A program made the translations under genes and the position numbers. Positions 38,068 through 51,300 of a stretch of 64,000 nucleotides of DNA are shown piece by piece. The notes beneath the pieces were generated by a model. It was not told the DNA's origin, searched no databases, and saw only the letters and a list, made by a program, of their open reading frames with translations. The DNA comes from Phaeosaccion multiseriatum. Lineage: Eukaryota; Protista; Ochrophyta, other classes. Location: the NCBI GenBank assembly GCA_965112735.1, contig OZ218960.1:1054001-1118000 (forward strand). The letters are read 5' to 3'. How positions within the stretch are numbered: position 1 is the first letter of the stretch; each line of letters begins with the position of its first letter.

Positions 38068-38486
38068 ATGACCGAAGTGCTCCAGCCGCTCAATTTCGGG
38101 GGGGAGAAGGGATGGGGCAGTGAAGCATCGTCCTTGGGGGGGATAGAGGCAGCCGGCAGAGCGTACTGGTCGTACCTAGCGACATGTAAAGCAGTGGACC
38201 GGAAGGCCATTCAAAACGTCTCGGCGCTCAGCGAAGTCGTAGGGGAGGACACGGAGGTGAGAGGAGGACGTGAAGGGGACGTGGCAGGAGGGACTAGACT
38301 CGAGGGAGAGAGAGTTGGGGGGGGGGGGGGGGTTGAAAATATAAAGCTCGTCACTGACTGGCTGTTGCTGAATGGACGCGAGATGGCCTATCCGCTCGGA
38401 GAGGGAGAGAGAGGAGAAGGACTATATTTACCGCTCTCTATTTACGCTCTTTACTTCGCTTTGCTTCGCTTGCTGCTCTTGCTATC

Positions 38487-38533
<47 letters not shown>

Positions 38534-41500
38534 CAAAAGGACGACTCCGGGACCTTCACAGTCGACTTTGTGGTGCGAGAGGACCTCACACCCGACTCCG
38601 TCCTCGACCTCACGTACTACCAAATCCTGGGCTTTGACGAGTTCGGCCTCGGGGTCAATGACGACGCACTCAAGAAGGCGTACCGCAGGGCAGTGCTGCT
38701 GTACCACCCCGACAAGACGGGCAGCGAGAAGGGCCACGAGGACGAGGTCTTCATGGCCGTACAGAGGGCCTACGACACACTCACAGGTACGGTATACGGT
38801 ACGGTGCGGTGCCGTGCAGCATCCTCCAGCCACTCTCCTCACTCTGCTCGTCGTGTGCAACGGGTCTCCTGTATGACACACTACAGTGCTCCTGTGAGAG
38901 GGTATAGAGCTCATTGGAAGAGGGGGGACGGGCGAGAGAGAGAGGAGAGCCTCCGCGTGCGATCACCATCCTCTCCTCCCGTCCCCGAGAAGTGAAGAGT
39001 CAACCCCCCTTCCCCCTTTCCCCCCCCCCCCTGTCTCTCAGACCCTGTGAAGAAGAAGCAGTATGAATCCTCCATGGAGTTTGATGAGAGCATTCCCGGG
39101 GTGGAGGCCTCCAAGGGGAAGGACTTTTTCAAAGTCTACGGACCTGTCTTCGCCAGAAACGAGCGGTAAGTGCATGGGTGCGCCTCCGGTGTAATGTTAT
39201 GTAATGTTTTGTCGTGCTCTCTTTCTAATGGATGGATGGCAATGAATGGTATGGATCGCAATGGATGGTATAGGTTTGCGGTGATCCTGCCCGCCCCCAA
39301 GCTGGGAGACGCCAACACGGACATCAACGAGGTCTTCAAGGTGAGGAGAGAGAGAGAGAGCCGGGGAGAGAGTGGGGATAGAGAAGAGAGAAGAGGAAAG
39401 GCGGGGAGAAGAGGAAGGGGGGAAAGGGTATACGATCGCGGCCTCTTGAGAGTCAAGTCTCCCATTTAACACATTCCGCTCCTTTTTTTCTCTTTCCCTT
39501 CTCCTCTCTACTCTCTCTGAACGACAAAACAATGACTGTATCACCAACGCCTGCACTTGCAGTTCTACGAGTACTGGGTCAACTTCGAGAGCTGGAGGGA
39601 CTTCACTCTGCAATGTGAGCACGACCTCGAGGAGGCAGAGGACAGGTACCACAAGAGATGGATGATGAAGGAGAACGACAAGAAGAACAAGGAGATGAAG
39701 AGAAAGGTAGGGAAGCACGGAGGGAGGGAGGGAGGGAGGGAGGGAGGGAGGGAGGGAGGGGAAGGAGGGGAAGGAGCGGGAGGACCAAGCGCCACGCTCA
39801 CGACTATATATCTGAAACTGTCGCAGAACCAGTTTGTAACTGACGATGATACAATGATGTACACCATCCACTCTCTCTCTCTCTCTCTCTCTCTTGCTCG
39901 CTCGCTGTCTCGCTCTCTTTACTGATGTAAACCCCCCCCCCCCTTCCCCTTTCTTTGTCAACCCCTGTCGCCATTCCGTCCATGCCATCACACATATGCA
40001 TACATATGCATACATGTATACAATAACAGGAGTACAAGAGGCTGTCTCAGCTCGTGGACCAGGCCAGAGCAGCGGACCCTCGCATCAAGCAGTTTGAGGA
40101 GGACAGAAGGGAGGCCAAACGGGCCCTCAAGCAGAAAAGACAGGACCAAAAGAAGGAGCAGGAGGAGGCGGCGGTGAGGGAGAAGGAAGAGGCGGAGGAG
40201 GCAAAACGGGTGGCGGAGGAGAGTCGTAAGATGGAGGCCAAGGAGGCACGTGCCATCAAAGACGCACACAAGAAGGTGCTGCGGAATCTCAGGTGAGGCA
40301 CTGTCGTGGCGCTGTCGTGGCGCCGTCGTGGGGGTTGGGGGTGATTGAGATGAGGGGGGGGGGGGGATAGATGAACGGATAGATGGATGTGTGTGGGGGG
40401 GGTGGGAGGGGGGAGGGGTGAGGGGAGTGTGGGTGGGTGGGTGGGTGGGAGGGTGTGTGTGTGCATGTTCGTGTGCGTGCGTGCGTGCGTGTGTGTGTGT
40501 GTAGTGGGAAAGTGAGTTTATATCGGCTACTGCTCGCCCTCACGCTTTGCCTGCATTACCAAACCACAACCACAACAAAACAAACAAACAATCAAACAAA
40601 ACCATAAACTAAACCAAAACCAAACCACACCAAAAAACAACACCAACACCAACACAACAGGAAAAAGATCAAGGCGCACATCGCCGTAGCAGAGGCCGTG
40701 GAGGGAAGCATCCAAGTGTCCGCCACGGAAGACTTTGACTGGTTCCTTAGAGACGCAGAGCTGGAGGTGCTTCAGTCCTGCCTGACAGAGCTAGGGGGCG
40801 CGGCGGAGGGGGCAGAGACGCGAGCAGAGGGCATGGAGGTGGTGCAGTCGTTGATGAGCAGGACGAAGGAGGAGCAGACGGAGATGTTGAAGGAGAGTGC
40901 GGCGGCCAAGGAGGATGCGCTGATGATGCTCAGGGAGGCTGAGAAGGTGGCGGAGGAGGAGAGGAAGGCGGCCAAGAACACGTGAGTGAGTTGGTGGTGC
41001 GGAGGGAGGGGGGGGGAGGGAGGGAGGGAGGGAGGGGGGGGGGAGGTAAGAATGGGGAGTGGGGAAGGGGTGGGTGGAGGGAGGGGGGGAGGGAGGGAGG
41101 GAGAGAGGGAGGGAGGGAGGGAGGGAGGGAGGGGGATGAGTTGCTCTTTCACTCACCCTCAACACCATCCCCTGTCCTCACTGACTTCCTCTCCAAACCT
41201 TGACTGACTGACTGACTGACTGACTCCTCTGCCAACAGGGTGTGGACCGATCAGGAGATGTCGAAACTTTCCAAGGCAGTCACCAAGTTCCCCCCGGGGG
41301 CCCAGAATCGCTGGGAGAACATCGCTCAGTGGGTTTCCCAGCAGGTCTGTGTGTGGTGGTGGTGTAGTAAAAATGTGTGTGCGCGCGCGTGTGCGCATGT
41401 GTGTATGTGTGCATGTGTGGATATGTATGTGTATGTGTGTGTGCTGGTTCGAATGCACTGCTTACGCCCCTGCTCAACCTCGCCTCTCTGCCCCCACATG

Positions 41501-42755
41501 TTCTCTCCCTCTCTCATGTCCCTCTCTCCACGTGTGTGTGTGTGCGTGTGCGTGTGCGTGCATCCTCAGCTCCGATTGGAGAACCCCAAGACGAAGGAGG
41601 AGTGCATCGCAAAACATCAGGAGATGGGACAGAACGCCAAGAAGAAGGTGAGGCACGCAGGCGTATGGGCAGGCAGGCGTATGGGCAGGCAGGCGTGTGG
41701 GCAGGCAGGCCAAGCAGATATGAATATGCATACTCTCTCCCCCCCTCTCTCTCTCTTCCCCTCTTTCTCCCTCTCTCCGCCCTCTCTCTCTCCCCTCTTT
41801 ATCTCTCTCTCCCTCCCCCTCTTTCTCCATCTCCCTCCCCCCCCCCCCTCTCCCTTCCTGTCTCTCCACCTCTCCATCTCTCTCTCTCCATGCTCACTTC
41901 TTATATCCATCCCTCCTGCGTCCTCTCTCTCTCTGTCTCAACTGCTGTCTGACTGCTCTGAACCAACGACTGTTCGAAAATTAACATGCCCGCCCGCCCA
42001 CCCACACACGCACCCACGCACGCACCCACACACGCATCCACACACGCGCCCACACACCCACCCATACACGTACCTAAACACGCGCCCACACAGGCTCCCT
42101 CCCACGCCCTGGGGGGCGGAGCGCCTCCTTCCTCCTCACCAGCGACGGTTTCATCCTCCTCCCCGGATCCGACGGCAGCCAAGGAAGATGCCGCCCTGGT
42201 GTGGACGCACGAGCAGCAGCAGGCATTGGAGAAGGCTCTGAAGAAGTTCCCGCCAACCTTGGACAAGAATGAGAGGTAACACGTTCTGTTTTCCATCATC
42301 TTGTTTCGTTCTTTTATTCATTCATTCATTCATTCATTCATTCATTCATTCATTCATTCTTTGGCCTTTGGCACTTACTAACCATTTTGATGGCTCTCCT
42401 CAGTCAGCTACAATTCTTCCCCTTTTTTTTGAAAGAAGTCTCTCCCTTGTTATTCTGTCTTTGTGGTCTTGAGTACTAAACCAATTATTGTTGACCCCCC
42501 ACTCCTCCTCCTCCCCCCCCCCTCCTCCTCCTCCTCCTCCTCCTCCTCCTCCTCCTCCTCCTCCTCCTCCTCCTCCTCCTCCTCCTCCTCCATCCCCCTC
42601 CCCTCCCATTTAGGTGGAACTCAATCTCAGAGGCCGTGGAGGGCAAGAGCAAGAAGGACTGCGTAGCTCGCTTCAAGGAGATTAAGGCCATCCTGGCCGC
42701 CAAAAAGGCCGCAGCCACTGGCGGTGCTGCTGCTGCCACCCCTGCTGCTAACTAG
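38068..42755 (+). CDS. DNAJC2: DnaJ homolog subfamily C member 2 (MPP11/zuotin-related factor), 620 aa
   Basis: Exons 38068-38256, 38540-38786, 39042-39165, 39274-39340, 39563-39706, 40030-40292, 40661-40981, 41239-41344, 41570-41647, 42094-42275, 42614-42755. J domain with HPDK; zuotin homology region FYEYWVNFESWRDF...ADPRIKQF; two SANT domains (WTDQEMSKLSKAVTKFPPG..RWENIA and WTHEQQQALEKALKKFP..RWNSISEAVEGKSKKDC). Confidence 0.95.
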
Positions 42756-43613
42756 TTGTTACTGTGGCTACTTCTTCCCTCCCTTCTCCTGGTTGTTACT
42801 GTAACTAGTTGTCTTGGACCGCCCGAGGCTGCTGCTGCTGTTGGTGCTACTCCTCGTGCCAGCTAGCTCCACTTGGCTGTGAACAAAGACTGCTATCTCC
42901 TGCTATACTCGTGCCACTGCTGGTGCTGTGTGCTGTGTGCTGGTGCTGCTGCTGGTGCCGCTGCCGTGCGAACTATGTGCGACAGATAGATACCACGTAG
43001 AGAAGAGCTCAGTCCGTCTGTTCTCATCAAGGGAAGACCACCAGTAGTAAACAAGTGGTAGTAGCAGATTAGCAACACACTGGCAGTAGTAAGTAATACT
43101 TGAGGAGCAGTGATTTTTGAAGTAGAAGGGACGGTAACAATCTTAGTAGGAATGTCAGTTTAGCGTGAGTGAGGCCAGGTATGAATCTTAGTAGGAATGT
43201 CAGGTTAGCGTGAGTGAGGCCAGTGCCCTCACTTGGACTTTTTGATGCCGACGGGGGGGCGTGGGGGATGGTTTGGTTGCTTCTCCTTTGTGAACTCTTT
43301 GCTACTTTAGTTTTAGAATAGAACAAAACAAAATAAAACAAAAGACTTACGTAAACTTACGAGACTGGTTTAACCATATACCTCTATCCCCATATCTCTT
43401 CCGCCTCCTCCTCCTCCTCCTCCTCCTGCTGCTGTTGCTGCTGCTGTATCACCAACTGCTGCTGTTGCTGCTGCTGTATCACCAACTGCTGCTGTTGCTG
43501 CTGCTGGGATGGGGCCTTTGCGCCCAGTGCTCCAAGGGCTGGGCAGGCTACCCCCCCTCTCCTCCCTACCCCCCCTCTCCTCCCTCCCTCCTTCCCTCCC
43601 TCCCCTCTCCTCC

Positions 43614-45733
43614 CTACCTCCCCTCCCTCCCCTCCCCTCCTTCTTGGCTGTGGCATCGCCTGACGAAGGTTCGAGCCATGCGAAGCAGGCCGTAGTCAAG
43701 CTCGGCGAGGGACTCGTACCTCACGGCAAGCGCCTCCTGCAGGGGTGCACGGGGGAAGGCAGGAACCAGAGGCGTGTATGGGTAGGGCGTGGGAGTAAGT
43801 CAGTGAGTGAGTGAGTCAGTGAGTCAGTGAGTCAGTGAGTCAGTGAGTCAGTGAGCAAGGCTGGGCCATTTCACGTGTGCAGTACCTTCAATGGCTTGAG
43901 CCGTCCATCAAAGACGGAACAGGACGCGCCGTCCCTGCTCGCCCCCTTCGCTGCTGCTCCTGAAGCCCCCCCTTCCCGCTCAGCGCCACTCCGTGACCCC
44001 TCCTCCTTCCCCTCCCCTCCCCACCCCTCCTGCTGCTCTCTCGTCCACAACTCCTCAAGCGCGGGGCAGAGGGAAGGAGGCATCCACGCCAGACATCTGT
44101 GACGCCACAGTGGTGCGGACAGGGAAGGGAAGGGAAGGAGGGCGAAGAGAAGAGAAGAGAAGAGAAGAGAAGCGAAGGGAAGGGAAGGGAAGGGAAGAGA
44201 AGGGAAGAGAAGAGGAGGGGAGAAGAGACGAGAAGAGAGGAATGAAGAGGAGGGGAAGAGAGAAGAAAGGAGGGGAGAAGAGAAGAGAAGAGAGGAATGA
44301 AGAGGAGGGGAAGAGAGAAGAGAGGAGGGGAGAAGAGAAGAGAAGAGAGGAATGAAGCGGAGGGGAAGAGAGAAGAGAGGAGGGGAGAAGAGAAGATAAG
44401 AGAAGGGGGGGGGGAGGGGATTGTATATATGTGTGTGTGTGTGTGTTGCGGAGGGTTAGTTCTAGACTTCCTTCCCCAGGGGGCACAGTCCTTCTTCATC
44501 AAGGCCATCCTACTACGCCATCCTAGGGTACGTGCCCTGCCATACACACCAACACCACCACCTCCTCCCCCTCCATCCCTCTTCCTCACCCACCTCTCCC
44601 AATCAGCGTCACTCCCATAGCCTGCATCGAGGCAGTCAGAGAGGTAGGAAGCCGCCGTGGTGACTTTGATGTTCAGTGCTTCCGCGGTGCCTTGCAGGGA
44701 GAGCTCCTCCTCGGAGAACAAGCGAAAGGCCTCCTGCTTGGACGGCGGCAGGCGAGGCAACGCCTTGGTCTGTGCGTTGACGTTCGTGTCAGTCTGAGGC
44801 TTCGTGTCGCCTTGTTGAGTGGTGCCTCTGCCTTTTGTCGGTCCCAATGGCAACCCGTCTCTTGACACCTCCTGTCCTGATGCACCCTGTTCTGCCACAA
44901 CCTCCCTCTGCCTGCCGTCCTGGCACCCCCCGTGACTGACACCGCCGTTGCCACCGTGGCTGCCATCTGGAGCTTCTTTCAGCCCCCCCTTCTTCTCCTG
45001 CCGCTGTATCACCAACTGCTGCTGGTCCTGCTGGTCCCGCCCGTGTGGTCCGGCACCCGCGTCTCCGTCCTTCATTACCGCCCCTATAGGGCCTCCCCCT
45101 CGCCGCCCCCCGTTCCTCTCCTCGTTGCAGTGGCTGCTGCACATCTGCAGAGGCGACAGGGGGGGGCTTGTCCTCGCAGCAGCAGCATCACCCGGCACCC
45201 TGCTGCCAGCACCACCACCACCAGCAGCACCAGCACCAGCACCACCACCACCACCACCAACATCACCACCACCACCACCCACACCACCAACACCACCACC
45301 ACCAACACCACCACCACCACCACCACCACCACCACCACCACCACCACCACCACCAACACCACCAACACCACCCACACCTTCGTCGCTACCACTACTGTCA
45401 ACACCTCCACCTGCGCCGCTCGCTCTCGCCCTCGCCCTCGCCCTGTCCGGTAGCAGTGACAGCTCCTGCCAGAGACGCAGTCCCACAAAAGCGTCCCCTG
45501 CAGCATACAGAAGCTGCTCTGCTGACAGGGGTGCCGTCTCCCAATTGGAGGTGCGTACAGAGGACGTCTTGTCGAGACTTCGGCCCAGCACACTCTCACT
45601 GAGGGCTTGGAGGGACCACGCCCCCGCTGTCTGCCGCGGCGGCTGGCGAGGCTGGTGGTGAATCATCACCTGCTCCTCCGCCTGTTGCTTTTGCTGCTGC
45701 TGCTGCTGCTGCTGCTGTACCACCAACTGCTGC

Positions 45734-45815
<82 letters not shown>

Positions 45816-47754
45816 GCTGCTCCTGCTGCTGCTGCTGCTGCTGCCCGAGAGGTTGCAGCGGAGAGGGAGACCGAGGCGACACTGACCCGGACGACGGGGA
45901 CAGAGACGGAGACAGAGACGGAGACAGAGGAGATGCGCCGCTCGAAGAGCTGCTGCATGTGTGGCCCGCGGAGGAGGAGGACGAGGAGGAGGACGAGGAG
46001 GAGGAGGACGAGGAGGAGGAGGAGGAGGAGGAGGAGGAGGAGGAGGAGGAGGAGGAGGAGGAGGAGGAGGAGGAGACAGATGGAGCGATGGACAAGGCCT
46101 TTGGCGGGAAGGCTTCTTTCCCCTTTGGCGGGAAGAGCTTTCCTTTGGCCATTGCCCCGAGCTCCACCGCTCCCATGACCCTGACACCGCCTCCCTCAGG
46201 GCCTGAGAGGGGCGGAGGGGGCGAAGGAGGGAGGGAGGGAGGGAGAGGAGGGGGAGGGGGAGGGGGGGGGAGCAGCAGCCAGCGGCGGGGCATGTTGGTT
46301 ATTTCCAGTTATTTCACTCACTCCCACAGCGCCAGCCTCCCACGCTTGCACCCACAAACACCACTCATCCCACTCGCCACCAACCCCACCTCTGTATCAC
46401 CAACACCCCTCCCCCCACCTGAGTGCGCGAAGTCCCTCTCAAGTTTGGCGATGTCTCCCCAGATGCCCACCCCGACCTTCCGAATACTCCCGTCCGCCAG
46501 GATGGTCGCGAGGGCGAGTGGGAAAGACGACTGGCGCAGAGTAGCATCAGCATCAGCAGCAGTTGGTGATACAGTAGCAGGGCCCGGGGTGCCCTCCGTC
46601 TCTGTGTGAGATGGAGCAGGCACGTTCTCCGCTTGGTCATCACTCGGGTCGCTTCGACGACCTGTATCACCAACTGCTGCTGCTGCTGCTGCTGGTGATG
46701 ACGACGAAACCGCCATTTGAGAAAGGTGGAACACGTAGCACACCTCATGACCTTCCTGCCTAGGCAAACCGCCATCACAAATGGCATCATCTGCCGCAGT
46801 TGTTGATACAGCGACAGGGGTCCTGGATGGTGATGCCGTTGTTGCGGTGGTGTTCGGTGTTACCACCGCCGCCGCCGAGGATTCCGCCAGAATGCCGCTC
46901 TGGCTGTCTCGCTCCTGGGGGCTAGGAGACAGAGAGGGTAGGCAGAGCTGGAGTGTAGCTGTCCGCCGTTGACCCTCGCCTCTCTTAAAGGTGGCAAACC
47001 ACTCTGGTGATCGGGTGGGGGTGGAGAGGGGAAGCAGTATACAGGAAGGGCGAAGGGTGGGGGGCCGGGTGAGGAGAGGGGAGCGGACGGGGTGGAAAGG
47101 GTGGGAGGTTAGAGAAATCAGATTCAGAGGAGGGGAGAGGAAAGGACGGGGAGACGCCAAGCCAAGCTAGACGATGTCTACGGCTGCATGTGGAAGAGTA
47201 AGGGTAGCCTTGAGAGCGTCTGTGGAGGGTTGCGAGCACCGGGAAGGGGAATGCGGGGCGGAGGGGCGCAGCCAGGAGGCACAGAGAGCAGTCAAATGAA
47301 AGACCAGAACAAAACCAGGCTGCTGTTTGACCGGAATCACCCTTCCCGCCCCCGGCCCCTCACCGATATCAAAGCCCACCACAGACGGGCTGGCCTTTCT
47401 GATTTCGCTACAAGCCTCCTCGGCTTGCTTGGGAGTTCGCACATATTCGATCAGTCCATTGAAGCAGATAGCCGGCAGGGCACTCCGCGATTCTTCCTTC
47501 CCACTCTTGCTGCTCATGCTGCTGGTTCCGCTGCTGCCGTTAGTTCGGTAGCTGCTGCCGCTGTTGGTGGCCCGTTTGGCAGACGGCCTGACCCGCGGGA
47601 GGCACCTTTTCCTGGTGGCGGCAGTACCAGAAGCAGCAGTACTAAAAGCGGAAGGGGGGCGTGCGGGCAGAGAGCTGCCTACTCCGTTGTTTGTCGTGGG
47701 TTTCTTCTGCCTGCGCGTGGGGATGTACAGCTCTTCTTCTTCCTCCACTTTCAT
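43614..47754 (-). CDS. WRN/EXD2-like DEDDy 3'-5' exonuclease with C-terminal RecQ-type HTH region and large low-complexity insertions, ~970 aa
   Basis: Exons 47754-47364, 47003-46419, 46202-44594, 44096-43886, 43736-43614. ExoI VGFDIEW (spliced), ExoII IRKVGVGIWGDIAKLERDF, ExoIII RTSNWETAPLSAEQLLYAAGDA. C-terminal SLQGTAEALNIKVTTAASYL...LKPLKEAL...LDYGLLR. The frame is open upstream to 48072, so the start is uncertain. Confidence 0.85.
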
Positions 47755-48314
47755 CCTCCAGAGTGAAGCCCTCGGTTCCTCCTCCTCGATTACAACCCTC
47801 CTTTGTCTACACTGCTCATTCCCGCCCCCCGCTCTCAGCCGCTTTTGTTTCGTGTTCCCGCCATGAGCAGCTCCGCGTGTTGTAATCTGATCTGAGCATT
47901 GCTGGCGACAGCCCGTTACGAGCGGATCGAGGTCGAGACCAACAAAGCCGCGCAGGCGAGAGCGAGGGTCAGTATTATGGTGCTTCTCAGCAGTCTTGCC
48001 ATACACACGCACGAAGGGATCACTTCTTACGGTTGAGGAGAGAGGAACTGGAGGGTGAACTCCACATGACACTTAAAGACCAACTTCACTACCTCCTCCC
48101 TCCCTCCTCTCCATCCGGGGCGCAAATAGCTTTTGGCTTTAGACGAGGATAGTGCATACTGCATCTGTAAGGCGCAGATCAATACCGCTCTTATAGCCTT
48201 ATCACTCGCCTATTTATATATTTTTTCACAAAAAGCGCGTGGGGGGGAGCACTTCTGCATCCACCATCAGCAGCGGGTGCATCTGGCGCACTAGCAGCAG
48301 CGCAGCGACAAGTC
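47755..48314. promoter_or_regulatory. Probable bidirectional promoter (exonuclease / PX scaffold)
   Basis: At most 560 bp, repeat-free, with AT-rich tatttatatatttttt near 48211. Confidence 0.45.
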
Positions 48315-51300
48315 ATGGCGGGCTTGCTCCGGTTCTTCAAGCGCGAGGAGGAAGAGGTGGACGATGTGACCGCCCTGTCGCCGCCGCTGCGAGACGCCTA
48401 TCTCAACCCGTTCAAGGTGCTGGGCATTAAGGAGACGCAAAAGCCGTGGGAGATTCGAGACGCATTCCGCCATCTTTGCTTGAGCAAAACCCCGCTCTTC
48501 ACGGGCCTGGGGGGGTCGACGAGGTAAGAGGATGGGGGTGGGGTGAAGTCACGTGGCTCGGAGCTGTTGAAACAGGAGCAGCAGCAGCGGCAGCAGCAAC
48601 AACACCTCTATGAGTCTCCACCCCTCTATACCGTGCGTTCCTTTGGAAGGAGTTGCACAGCCCCGCCTCCAGCCTCTCTTACATCACCCTCCACTATGTT
48701 CTCCCTCCCTCCACCCCTCCCTCCCTCCCTCCCCCCCCCACAGGTTCAGCTTCAAACAGACCCTGCTTGCCTACCGCCTTGCTACGGGCGAGCTGTGCGG
48801 CCCTGCGCAGAAGCTCGCGGAGGAGGTGAAGACTTCGCCTTTGCTCGCGTCCAACACCAAGCCCCAGGACATTCTCAACACGCTGAGGCCTCTCTCCGCC
48901 ACCGGTATCAAGGCAAGTGCATGATTATTCTCTTGATTCTTCTCTTGATTATTCTCTTGATTATTCTCTTGATTATTCTCTTGATTATTCTCTTGATTCT
49001 TCTCTCCTGTGTTGGTCTATCTGTGTGTCTCTCTCCCTCTCTCTTGCCTCTCCCCTCTCTCCTTTCTTTTCGCTCTCTCTCCCTCTCTCTCTCTCTCTCC
49101 CTCCCCCTCTTTCCCTCCCTCTCTCTCTCTCTCTCTCGGCCCTGACCCCCCTCGACCCTGTACTGTACTGTACCTGTCTGTGCTGCCGTGCCCCAAAACC
49201 AAACGCAATTTAAAAAATATACAATGTAATGTTATGTAATGTTATGCAATGTGCCCCGTGCGCACAGGTCAGCCCGTTGGCTCGAGCAGCGAAGTTTCTC
49301 TCTGTGCGAGTCATCGGAATGGAGGCGGCTGGAGAGAAGCGCAAGTCTAGCAGTCAGCGTAGAGGGTGCGTGGAGGGAGGGAGGGAGGGAGGGAGGGAGG
49401 GAGGGAGAGAGGGAGGGAGAGAGGGAGAGAGGAAGGAAGGGAGGGAGGGAGGGAGGGAGGGAGGGAGGGAGGGAGGGAGGGAGGGAGGGAGGGAGGGAGG
49501 GAGGGAGGGAGGGAGGGAGGGAGGGAGGGAGGGAGAGAGAGAGGGAGGGAGGGAGGGGGGGGGGGACGAACGGAGGGAGGGACGTAGAGAGGGAGGGAGG
49601 GAGGGAGGGAGGGAGAGAGGGAGACCCTGGGCATGGGTATGATGCGCTAAAATGACTCTCTTTCCCTCTCTCTCCATCTCTCTCCTCTCTCCTCTCTCTC
49701 TCACTCTCTCTCTCTTTCTCCTCTCTCTCCCCCTCTCTTCCTCTCTCTCTTTCTCGCCCCCCCCCCTCTCTCTCTCCCTCCCTCCCTCCCTCCCTCCCTC
49801 CGTCTCTCTCTTCATACCCCCCCCCCACCCCTACTCTCTCCTTGCGCCTTAACAGTAGAGCGCAACAGCAACAGACCCCGGGAGGCAGCGGGTCGACCTC
49901 CGCTTTACACTACGTTTTGGAGGTGTCATACTGCATGCGGATACACACAGGTGGGTATTATGTCAATGGGGAGGGGAGGCGTAGTATGTCAATGGGTCGG
50001 TGGGTGCTGTGCCAATGGGGAGGGTAGACATAGTATGTCAATGAATGGCTGCGTGTTTTGTCAGGTGCTAGGTGCGTGGGTGGCTGGATGTGTGGGTGCG
50101 TGGGTGGGTGGGTGGGGAGGTGGGGTGACGTGGTAATGTACACGCTGCCCCATCCTGCCACTGCCTACCTCCTCATCTGTCAGCTCCCGTGCTTTCTCTT
50201 CCCTTCTCCTCTCCCCCCACCCTCTTCCCCTCCTCCCTCCCCATCCTCCTCCTTTCACTCCCTCCTTCCTCCCCCTCCTCCCTCCCCCTCCTTCCTCCCT
50301 CCCTCCCTCCCCCTCCTCCCTCCCCCTCCTCCCTCCCCCGCCCCCTCCCTCCCTCCCCCTCCTCCTCCCTCCGTCCCCCTCCTCTCCCCCTCCTCCCCCT
50401 CCTCTTCCCCATCTAGTGCGGCGGTGCTACAGTCACTTCGTGGCCCTGCATGAGCTGTTGATGAAGGAGCTTGTGCTCCTGCCCGACTTCCCAGAGACCA
50501 ACGTGCTGCTCAAGGTAACCAGGGGGAGGAGGAGCTGCTGTATCACCAACTGCTGTATCACCAACTGCTGTATCACCAACTGCTGTATCACCAACTGCTG
50601 TATACCCAACCGCGCCATCACAAACACCAGCCGGCATCCCCGTATCCCCGTATCACCGCATCAGTGTATCACCAACTGCTACATCATCCCCACCCCTCCC
50701 CCCCCCCCCGCCCCAACACCCTCAGTTCGGCCTCGGCAAGCGCGAACAACGCGGTCACCGCCTCGCCATGTTCGTACACCGCCTTCACCATATGCTTGCT
50801 CAGAGGGGGGTTTTCTCACCTCGCCTCATGGAGTTTCTCGGAGTGGACTACGGAAGGGTACACATTGAAGAAGAGGGGCGGGTGGTGACAAAGAGTCTCG
50901 ATGGGTCCAATGTGCTGGCGGGCACCTGCTGGCAGGTGAGTGTGGGTTTCCGTTTGGAAGAGTGGGTGGGAGTGGGGTGGGGTGGGTTGAGTGGATTTGT
51001 GGGCGGATGGGTGGGGCTCCCTCGACAGAAGTATGTACTTCTACAAGCGCCGTTCATGCTGCGTCCTCGCTGGCTCTCACAAGAAGCTCCTCCCTCCCTC
51101 CCTCCCTCCCTCCCTCCCTCCGTATCACCAACAGGTTGTGGAGGAGGCTTGGCTCATCCGCTGGCGCCAATTCATCGCCTCCCGAGGTGCCCGACGCTAC
51201 CTTCCTCCCGGGCGTATCAACAACGCCTCCCTCCTTGATGAGAGCATCGTCGCCAGCCCTGCACAACGCAAGGCGGAGGAGGAGGAGGAGCGGCAGGGGA

